Source: a virus | Virus record (IMG/VR): IMGVR_UViG_3300034524_000011 | Span: 1-64,000 of that record | Reading direction: 5' to 3' (one strand) | DNA: 64,000 nucleotides | Shown: in pieces, positions 56,364 through 64,000 of the stretch | Layout of the letters: each line of letters opens with the position of its first letter | How positions within the stretch are numbered: position 1 is the first letter of the stretch | The notes under the pieces: generated by a model | Told to the model about the DNA's origin: nothing | Database searches by the model: none | What the model saw: only the letters and a program-made list of their open reading frames with translations | Position numbers and translations under genes: made by a program

Positions 56364-56948
56364 ATGGGGAAGCGCAAGGAAAATGTCTATCCGTGGGAAC
56401 GGATCCCAGGGGAGACTTCCAGGGAATATCAGAAGTTCTGTGCATACCGGGACATGAACTCATCGGATAAACCAATCCGGAAACGCAGCCTTCAAAGGCT
56501 GGCCAAGGAGCTGGGACTTTCACTGGACCACCTAAAGAAGTTAAGCGCGAAAAACAACTGGGTAGAACGAGCGGCCGCATATGACGCCTACCTGGAAGAG
56601 CTGGCCAGAGAGCAGAACGAGGCAGAGATCCTCAAAATGCGAAAGAACCATGCATTGCTGGCCTCTCAAATGATCACCAAGGCAGCCAAAAGGCTGCTGA
56701 CCATGCCGGAAGAGGAGATAACCGCAGCCGACCTCGTGCGCCTGGTCGATGTCGGAGTGAAAATCGAAAGATTGAGCCGCGGCGAATCCACCGAAAACAG
56801 ACAGATAAGCGGAGAAGCAAAGGTCATTCACCAGGGAGAAGTCACGGTTAAAAATCAGATGAACCTGGATCTTTCCCGCTTAACTGACGAGGAGCTGTCG
56901 GAGCTTGAACAGCTACTGGAAAAACTACATTCAGAGCCCGATGTTTGA
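56364..56948 (+). CDS. terS: Terminase small subunit (copy B)
   Basis: Upstream of terL; homologous to 1-505. Confidence 0.82.
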   Translation: MGKRKENVYPWERIPGETSREYQKFCAYRDMNSSDKPIRKRSLQRLAKELGLSLDHLKKLSAKNNWVERAAAYDAYLEELAREQNEAEILKMRKNHALLASQMITKAAKRLLTMPEEEITAADLVRLVDVGVKIERLSRGESTENRQISGEAKVIHQGEVTVKNQMNLDLSRLTDEELSELEQLLEKLHSEPDV

Positions 56949-58398
56949 TGTTAACGCTCTGCGGGAAGCGATCCTGAAGGAAAAGGCGGAGCGCAACCTT
57001 TCAGAGTTCATCAAACAAGCGTGGCATGTTATCGAACCAGGCACACCGTATGTAGAGAACTGGCACATCGATTTAATAAGCGAGTATCTCCAGGCGGTGG
57101 ATAACAGCGAGATATTGAGGCTTATAATCAACATCCCGCCACGGCACATGAAGTCCATACAAACAACAGTGTGCTACCCGGCCTGGTCATGGATCAAGAA
57201 ACCGACAAAGCGCTTCATAAAGGTTTCGTACAGTGACAGCTTATCCAGGAAGCACAACGTACTCTGCAGAGATATCATCAGGAGCCCATGGTACCAGAAA
57301 AACTGGGGAGACCGGTTCAAAATCAAGGACGACGTCGACAGGCAGGACGAGTTCAAGAACGACCACCACGGAATGATGTTCTCGACCAGCGTCGGCGGCC
57401 GATTAACCGGTGAAGGTGGAGATGTAATCATCGTGGACGACCCGCAGAACCCTCTCATGGCAAACAGCGCTACAGAGAGAGAAGCGTCAATAGCTTTCTT
57501 TAAGAACACGCTGCAGACCCGTCTGAATGACCCGAAAAAAGGCGCAATAATCGTAATCATGCAGAGGCTGCACGAGAACGACCTGACCGGTTACATCCTT
57601 TCAGAGCAGCTGGGATACGAGCATGTATGTCTGCCGGCAGAGGCTCCGGAGCGGACAGTTATTCATTTCCCGATAAGCGGCCGGGAGATCATCCGGGAGG
57701 AAGGAGACCTTCTCAATCCAGGACGATTTGACAAAGAGGCCCTGGAAGGCCTCAAAAAGTCCATGGGAAGCGCTCAATACGCCGGCCAATTCCAGCAGAC
57801 ACCGGCGCCGGCTGAAGGTCTTATCTTCAAGAGAGAATGGCTGGGGAATTTCTTCAAAACCGCACCACACCAGAACATGCTCATTCAATCCTGGGATATG
57901 CCGTTCACCAAAAGTGAAGGCAGCGCCAAATGTGCCGGCATAGTCATGGGGAGAAATGGAGCCAATATTTACATTCATGACCTGGTGAACGACAAAATGA
58001 CATTCACCGAGAGCGCGGCCGCGGTTCGAACACTAACCGGCAAGTGGCCAAAGGCCAGAGCGAAGGTTATAGAGAACAAGGCCAACGGTCCGGCCATTGT
58101 CGACTACCTAAAAAAAGAGATCCCAGGAATGGTAGAGTTCAACCCAAAGGGAAGCAAGGAAGAGCGTGCCATCAGTGTGACACCTTACTTTGAAGCAGGT
58201 AACATCTGGTTCCCGGATCCGGAAACGCACCCATGGGTGCATGACCTAATCAACGACCTTTTGATATTCCCAAAGGGGACATACAAGGACACCGTCGACG
58301 CCCTGGTGCAAGGGATTTTATACCTCATGGATAAACCATCTATGACAGGCCCACCAAAGACCAGTACGCTCACCAAGAGCAGCTACTGGCGGCGATAA
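56941..58398 (+). CDS. terL: Terminase large subunit (copy B)
   Basis: About 18 aa differences from copy A by eye. Confidence 0.95.
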   Translation: MFDVNALREAILKEKAERNLSEFIKQAWHVIEPGTPYVENWHIDLISEYLQAVDNSEILRLIINIPPRHMKSIQTTVCYPAWSWIKKPTKRFIKVSYSDSLSRKHNVLCRDIIRSPWYQKNWGDRFKIKDDVDRQDEFKNDHHGMMFSTSVGGRLTGEGGDVIIVDDPQNPLMANSATEREASIAFFKNTLQTRLNDPKKGAIIVIMQRLHENDLTGYILSEQLGYEHVCLPAEAPERTVIHFPISGREIIREEGDLLNPGRFDKEALEGLKKSMGSAQYAGQFQQTPAPAEGLIFKREWLGNFFKTAPHQNMLIQSWDMPFTKSEGSAKCAGIVMGRNGANIYIHDLVNDKMTFTESAAAVRTLTGKWPKARAKVIENKANGPAIVDYLKKEIPGMVEFNPKGSKEERAISVTPYFEAGNIWFPDPETHPWVHDLINDLLIFPKGTYKDTVDALVQGILYLMDKPSMTGPPKTSTLTKSSYWRR

Positions 58399-58402
58399 CA
58401 AA

Positions 58403-58725
58403 AAGCACTATACAAGCACAGTGCAAGTATGGTGCTTGAATGATACCAATACCAACCCAGCACAGGGAGAGCACAACAAAAGGTGAGGTAACCTCAAAAA
58501 CAGCGTCGAATGATAAAAATCGACACAAAAATGATGAGCTTACAAAAGCGTTCAAAACGCTTATTTTTTATTCGCTTCAACCGTTCCAAACCCAGCAATA
58601 ATGCGGCTTTGCAAAAAGCACAGTGCAAGCACCATACAAGCACAGTAAAAGCACAGAACGAGCCCTGCTGGTACCCTATTACCTTTAACCTATTACCTTT
58701 TACCTATTACCTATCACTATATAGT
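58403..58725. repeat. Iteron-like 11-bp and 7-bp arrays (copy B)
   Basis: 3 units at 58403-58435, 4 units at 58616-58659, heptamers follow. Confidence 0.8.
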
Positions 58726-58783
58726 GCGACGGGTAGGATGGGAAAGGAGGGATAAATAAAAACAAAGAGAGGAGAGATCCATC

Positions 58784-59017
58784 ATGGACACCAAAGGCTA
58801 TCAATTAAGGGCCCGTTTCCTTCAGGAGGCTGAAGAGAAAGGACCAACAGCACAAATGCTGATAGTAGCTGTCAAGCTGCCAACCGGAGCCGTCGAGCTT
58901 ATCACAAACACGGCCCTGCTGCACACAAAGATAGACTACTACAAAAACGCCTACGACGAGGAATTCAGGCTGAAAGGAAACTCCAACGTGCAGATAGTAG
59001 GCTTCATGTTTGTGTAG
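58784..59017 (+). CDS. Hypothetical protein (copy B)
   Basis: Identical protein to 2338-2571. Confidence 0.8.
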   Translation: MDTKGYQLRARFLQEAEEKGPTAQMLIVAVKLPTGAVELITNTALLHTKIDYYKNAYDEEFRLKGNSNVQIVGFMFV

Positions 59018-59051
59018 CCAGGACAAGGCGGAAAGGGAGGTGAGAAAGTAA

Positions 59052-60452
59052 ATGGCTAACAATAATTTCAGGGAAATCGGCCGCATCGGACAAAAAAGAT
59101 ATGGTGGCTTTTTCTATGAGGAATTCCTGAAAGATCTCCAGGGAAGGAAAGGCGTCGAGGTTTACAAGGAGATGAGTGAGAACGACGATGTAATCGGCGC
59201 AATCCTTTATGCGATCGAGATGCTGATCAGGCAAGTGTCCTGGACGGTTCAACCAGGAGGACCCACAACAAAGGACGAGGAGGCCGCAGAGTTCATCTAT
59301 CAGTGCATGGACGACATGCAGGACACCTGGACCGACACGATATCTGAAATCCTTTCATTTCTGACATACGGATGGAGCGCTCACGAAATCGTTTATAAGC
59401 GGCGCGCCGGCAAGAGCAAGGATCCTCGACTAAACAGCAAATACAGCGATGGCCTCATAGGATGGCGCAAGCTGCCGATCAGAGCGCAGGAGACCCTCTG
59501 GGAATGGCTATATGACGACGAGGACAATCTCCTGGGAATGGTTCAGATGCCGCCGCCAAAGTATGAGCTCATAACGATACCGATTGAAAAGCTGCTGATA
59601 TTCAGGACCAAGAGCCGAAAAGGCAGCCCGGAAGGCAAGAGCATTCTCCGTAACGCATACCGCAGCTGGTACTTCAAGCGCAGGATCCAGGAGATAGAGG
59701 GAATAGGTATCGAAAGAGACCTGGCCGGTTTTCCGACATTGACAGCTCCGGAGGGAATGAACATCTGGGACGAAGACGACCCGGAAATGGTAGCTGTCAG
59801 ACTGGCCGCAGACCGAATCGTCCAAAACATCAGGCGTGACAGCCTCGAAGGTTTGACATTGCCGGCCGGCTGGAAGCTGGAGCTCTTAAGCACCGGAGGA
59901 CGCCGGCAGTTTGATACCAATGCAATCATCGAGCGATACGACACCAGGATAGCAATGACCGTCCTGGCCGATTTCGTTTTATTAGGCCACCAGAAGGTGG
60001 GCAGCTTTGCATTATCCAGTGACAAGACGGAACTTTTTGCAATGGCCGTCGGTGCATACCTGGACATCATTTGCGAGACCTTCAACAACAAGGCAATCCC
60101 GGCACTGATTGATTTAAACGCTCAACACTTCGCCGGCATTACCGATTATCCGAAGCTGGGCCACGGAGACATCGAGAGCGCAGACATTCAGGCTCTGGCA
60201 ACTTACATCAAGGATATGACCGGCGTCGGCGTACTGGTACCGGACGACCATCTCGAAGATTACGTGAGAGAAGTGGCCGGCCTGCCGGAAAGGCTGGATG
60301 ATGGGACCAACCCCAGGCAGCCAAAACCGGCAAGGGACAGAAATTCTGACGTGAAGCCTGGCAAAGAGGCAGACAGTGACGACCTGGTAGATTTGGAGGA
60401 CGACGATGAAGCTGTAAAGAAGGCCATGGAGCGACTGGGGAGGTATGATTGA
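59052..60452 (+). CDS. Portal protein (copy B)
   Basis: Homologous to 2606-4006. Confidence 0.9.
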   Translation: MANNNFREIGRIGQKRYGGFFYEEFLKDLQGRKGVEVYKEMSENDDVIGAILYAIEMLIRQVSWTVQPGGPTTKDEEAAEFIYQCMDDMQDTWTDTISEILSFLTYGWSAHEIVYKRRAGKSKDPRLNSKYSDGLIGWRKLPIRAQETLWEWLYDDEDNLLGMVQMPPPKYELITIPIEKLLIFRTKSRKGSPEGKSILRNAYRSWYFKRRIQEIEGIGIERDLAGFPTLTAPEGMNIWDEDDPEMVAVRLAADRIVQNIRRDSLEGLTLPAGWKLELLSTGGRRQFDTNAIIERYDTRIAMTVLADFVLLGHQKVGSFALSSDKTELFAMAVGAYLDIICETFNNKAIPALIDLNAQHFAGITDYPKLGHGDIESADIQALATYIKDMTGVGVLVPDDHLEDYVREVAGLPERLDDGTNPRQPKPARDRNSDVKPGKEADSDDLVDLEDDDEAVKKAMERLGRYD

Positions 60453-63400
60453 TGTTCAGGATCCGGAAGTCAATTCACCTGCACCCGATACACAAGGCAA
60501 AGAGGAAGAGCAAAGCAGCACAAGAGGTCCTCGACAAATTAAACGCATTCCTGGACGCAACGGAACCGGAGCCGGTTTATTTCCTCACCAGGCTATGGAA
60601 CGACCAGCAGCAGGCAATAACATACAAGGAGCTGCGTGAGGCAATCCTCAACGGCTACATCGACGTGAAGACCATCCAGGCCTGGCAAAACGACTACGCA
60701 AACTTTGTAAACGAGCACCTGAAGCCCCTATGGATAGAGGCCATGCAGGCAGCAAATGCAGACTTGATGGCAGCGCATCCGGATTATTTCTTTGACCCCA
60801 TGAGCCAGGGTGTCCTCAAATGGATCAACGAACACGGTGCCCAATGGGTAACGGTAATAGCGGAGGAACAGAAGGAAGCAATATCGGCCATGCTGCAGCA
60901 TGCATACAGCGGAGCCTTCACCGTAGATGAGCTGGCCAGAACGATCCGGGCGACAATTGGCCTAAATAAGGTCCAGGCCAAGGCCAACCTGAACTATTAT
61001 CAGCATGTGAAGAAAACTCTTCTGGAAAACAACCCAGGCATGAAGGAATCAACGGCCCAGAAAAAAGCCCAGGAAGCAGCAGCGAAATACGCGGCCAAGC
61101 AGCATAGGCAAAGAGCTTTCGCCATAGCAACAACAGAAATGGCATTCGCTTATAACAAGGGAGCTGACGAGGGAATAAAGCAAGCCCAGGAGCAGAACCT
61201 TATAGGCAAGGTGGTGAAGGTTTGGAGCACGGCAGCCGACGAACTCGTATGTTCTATATGTGGAGCCCTGGATGGTGTCGAACTGGAGATGGGCGCAGAT
61301 TTTGATTTCAAAGGCAACCAGTTATACAGCGGTCAGAAGCAAACGCCGCCAGCTCACCCACGCTGCAGATGCGCGCTGCTTTACGTGGAGAAGGAACCGC
61401 CGAAATACAAGACGGTACCGGAGCAGGAAGTGATCCAGGACTGGAGCCCGGAAGATCAGATACCAACGCCCGAACCTCCGGACCCGGCAAAGCCCGTAAT
61501 ACCACCGTCAGAGAAAATGCCACCAGGCATGAAATACAAAGGCAAGGCAAACCTCGGAGGAACCGGGGAAATGCATTCATACATCGACGAGACCGGCCAG
61601 GAGTGGTTATTCAAACCGGCACAAAGTAAATCCGGAAAACCGGAAGCCTTCAGAGCATATGTCCAGGAAGCCGGTTATAAGGTCCAGGCGATAATAGATC
61701 CGGACACAGCGGTACCGGTAGGAACAGGAGAGCTGGGCGGGAAGTTTGGAGCTTTCCAGAAGCGAATAAACACCATAGGCGACAAGATAGACCTGAAGCA
61801 CTGGCAATACACCAGCGACCAGCTGCCGCCAGGAACGGCCGCACAGCTGCAGAGGGAACATGTAACTGACTGGCTGCTGGCCAACTTCGACAGCCACGGC
61901 GGCAACTTCGTAATGGACGACGCCGGCAGGCTCATAGGAACAGACAAGGAGCAGGCCTTTAGGTACATCAAGGAAATAGGCGCCCAGCAGATGAGCTACA
62001 CATACCACCCTAACGCAACCTACGGAGAAACAGAGCCGATTTATAATACTTTATTCCGGAGGTTTGCAAAGGGAGAGATTGACCTGGATCTGCAGGATAC
62101 CTTGACCTACATCAAGAGAGTGGAGGCGATCCCGGACGACCAGTATCGTGAGATATTCAGGAGCTATGCAGAGGCCCTTCACGGGAAAGGCAAAGAAGCA
62201 GAGGAGCTGCTGGACCTGATCGTCGAGAGAAAAAACCGGTTAAGAGAAGACTATCGTCAGTTTTTCAGTGACCTTCTCACCGAGCGAACCGGAAAAAAAC
62301 AAGTGTTCGTCTGGGCGGACGAGACAGCAGAGCATATGAAGCAGCCACTGACAGCAGTAACACACGGCTCGGAAACCCTGCAAAAGATGAACATGGCAGA
62401 GCTCAAGCAGCTGGCCAAGCAAAAGCAGATCCCATACTACAACAACATGAATAAGACCCAGCTGGTAACGGCCATATCGGACCCGGCAAAAGCGCCGGAA
62501 ATGAGCGCCCAGGTAAGAAACAGACTGCTGGCCAACGAGGCAGCAAGGAAAGCTGCAGCAAGGACGCCGGCAGCACAGAAGGCCAAAGAGATTATATCTG
62601 CAGATGATGTGTTCCAGGACGCGTCGATTATTCCGGAGAAAAGGCTGGGAGTTCCAGTCAGGAGCGACAAGGGCAGCGTTGAAGGTCTCAATTTGACGGC
62701 CAGGAGAATGCGCCTGTTAGACGACGCAAGCGGTACCGAATATGAGGTATACGAAATATCCGGAAAACTCACCAGGGAAGCATGGTCCAAGACATGGGAT
62801 AAAATGAAGCCAATAGGAGAAATAGGAGAGCTGGAATTTGAGCTTGCAGACGATGTCAAAAAGCTCTTTGCTTCCAAGGCGGACCTCGGAGCTTCCATCC
62901 GGACCATAAAGGTAACCGACGGAGAAACCACATTCGAGCTTTATATCGATGGCCAGACAAGGAGATACAATGGATGGCGTGGTTTTTTCAGATTGAGAAC
63001 TCCGGTAACCTCAAACGGAGCTGCGGACGCTGCAAATATGAGAAACATGCTGCAGAAGCTGGAGCTTGATGATCTTTTATTGAAACCGGACAGCGAGGCA
63101 GAAACGATCCTCAAAAAGAGCCGGCTTGTATGGCAACACGCTCCACATCGTATCCAGGAATTAGATGGTTTGACGCCAGAGCAAATACCGATTAAACTGG
63201 ATATGATATTAAAGCAAGAAGGAATAGACCCGAAGCGTATAAATAACATGAAGCTGGTTAAAGTCTTCGAAGGCTATTCAACTTATGTCGAAGAGGGCAT
63301 CGTGGAAACATACAAGAAGGCAGGCCTGAAATATGTCTGGACCGGAGTTCCGGACGGAGACGACATCGTGAAGATCATCCAAAGCCCTGGCCTGATGTCA

Positions 63401-63871
63401 AATAACAACCGTTTCAGGGCAGGATTGAGGCGCACAGGAGCAAGTCCGGTAGAAGACTTCCGGACCGGCGGCAGCGATAATGTATTCACCAGGATAGGCG
63501 TCAAGAATAAGAACAACCCAAGATTTGACGACTGCTACCGAGGGAACCGATATCGCATTCTTATTGATCCAAAAGTCATGGAGAGAACCGACTGGTATGC
63601 ATATGAAGGAGACTCGTTCGGAAGCTCGGATCCGTCGGCACTGGCCGGCAGGCTTTCGCCGGTGGAATTTATTCAGAGAATGGCCACAAGCTACCGGTAC
63701 GGGAACGAAATCATGTTCAGGCACGGAATAGCTAAGGAGACATTCATCGGGATATCATGCCAGAGCAACGCGCTCCGAGCAGAGCTCCTGGAGAAGTTCA
63801 AACAGGCGCATATTACTGCAGTAAACGGGATACCGATAGAAGATTTTGTAAAGGTGGGATCTACGATATGA
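60449..63871 (+). CDS. MuF multi-domain protein (copy B)
   Basis: 1140 aa; all motifs of copy A conserved. Confidence 0.8.
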   Translation: MMFRIRKSIHLHPIHKAKRKSKAAQEVLDKLNAFLDATEPEPVYFLTRLWNDQQQAITYKELREAILNGYIDVKTIQAWQNDYANFVNEHLKPLWIEAMQAANADLMAAHPDYFFDPMSQGVLKWINEHGAQWVTVIAEEQKEAISAMLQHAYSGAFTVDELARTIRATIGLNKVQAKANLNYYQHVKKTLLENNPGMKESTAQKKAQEAAAKYAAKQHRQRAFAIATTEMAFAYNKGADEGIKQAQEQNLIGKVVKVWSTAADELVCSICGALDGVELEMGADFDFKGNQLYSGQKQTPPAHPRCRCALLYVEKEPPKYKTVPEQEVIQDWSPEDQIPTPEPPDPAKPVIPPSEKMPPGMKYKGKANLGGTGEMHSYIDETGQEWLFKPAQSKSGKPEAFRAYVQEAGYKVQAIIDPDTAVPVGTGELGGKFGAFQKRINTIGDKIDLKHWQYTSDQLPPGTAAQLQREHVTDWLLANFDSHGGNFVMDDAGRLIGTDKEQAFRYIKEIGAQQMSYTYHPNATYGETEPIYNTLFRRFAKGEIDLDLQDTLTYIKRVEAIPDDQYREIFRSYAEALHGKGKEAEELLDLIVERKNRLREDYRQFFSDLLTERTGKKQVFVWADETAEHMKQPLTAVTHGSETLQKMNMAELKQLAKQKQIPYYNNMNKTQLVTAISDPAKAPEMSAQVRNRLLANEAARKAAARTPAAQKAKEIISADDVFQDASIIPEKRLGVPVRSDKGSVEGLNLTARRMRLLDDASGTEYEVYEISGKLTREAWSKTWDKMKPIGEIGELEFELADDVKKLFASKADLGASIRTIKVTDGETTFELYIDGQTRRYNGWRGFFRLRTPVTSNGAADAANMRNMLQKLELDDLLLKPDSEAETILKKSRLVWQHAPHRIQELDGLTPEQIPIKLDMILKQEGIDPKRINNMKLVKVFEGYSTYVEEGIVETYKKAGLKYVWTGVPDGDDIVKIIQSPGLMSNNNRFRAGLRRTGASPVEDFRTGGSDNVFTRIGVKNKNNPRFDDCYRGNRYRILIDPKVMERTDWYAYEGDSFGSSDPSALAGRLSPVEFIQRMATSYRYGNEIMFRHGIAKETFIGISCQSNALRAELLEKFKQAHITAVNGIPIEDFVKVGSTI

Positions 63872-64000
63872 TAGACCAAAGAGCTGTATACGTCTTCAAG
63901 CCACCGGGAGAAAGAGATTTCACCGGGATAGCGCTGGATGTTCACATTCACAAAGAGGCCCTCCGGTTCTTTGACACCAACAGAGGACACGAGCTGCCAG
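63868..64000 (+). CDS. Candidate immunity protein (copy B, partial)
   Basis: Homologous to 7422-7757; cut by the window end. Confidence 0.5.
   Translation, partial: MIDQRAVYVFKPPGERDFTGIALDVHIHKEALRFFDTNRGHELP

Larger units (their letters stand above)
35434..64000 (+). mobile_element. Prophage/phage copy B, left part (att, integrase, immunity, replication, methylase, packaging, MuF)
   Basis: Starts at the att core next to the integrase; its terS-terL-portal-MuF block is a diverged copy of 1-7557. Confidence 0.7.
56444..64000 (+). repeat. Diverged direct repeat of window positions 1-~7557
   Basis: Same genes at offset 56443-56446; mostly synonymous differences. Confidence 0.95.

Noticed and set aside
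1-64000. Additional VRs, tRNAs or IS elements
   Set aside because: No second match to the TR 3' end, no cloverleaf and no transposase were seen by eye; a computational scan could still find weak cases

Overview
The whole window is temperate tailed-phage DNA of a Clostridia-type Firmicute (PBSX/Xkd-like contractile tail), with no host genes. Gene order is terS/terL, portal, a giant MuF protein, head, tail, baseplate, a complete diversity-generating retroelement (DGR: target with VR, hairpin, avd, TR, RT), lysis, an accessory operon, att site, integrase/repressor, early/replication genes, methylase, then a second diverged copy of terS-terL-portal-MuF (offset ~56.44 kb). The att junction at ~35.44 kb carries the last codons of guaA (STIEWE*) between arm-type repeats. 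This fits two related prophages in tandem at guaA, or a circular ~56.4 kb genome assembled from two variants. Main oddities: (1) a 1140-aa MuF protein with a HipA/PI3K-like kinase, a Rho-N-like motif and a possible ADP-ribosyltransferase fold, followed by a candidate immunity gene; (2) a stand-alone MuF-like Cys domain protein in the lysogeny operon; (3) origin-like 11-bp/7-bp repeat arrays in the initiator gene that recur before the late operon and between terL and portal; (4) a repressor-operator-bearing accessory operon with an ADP-ribosylglycohydrolase and a fragment resembling the DGR target N-terminus. All family assignments are by-eye motif recognition; no searches were run.
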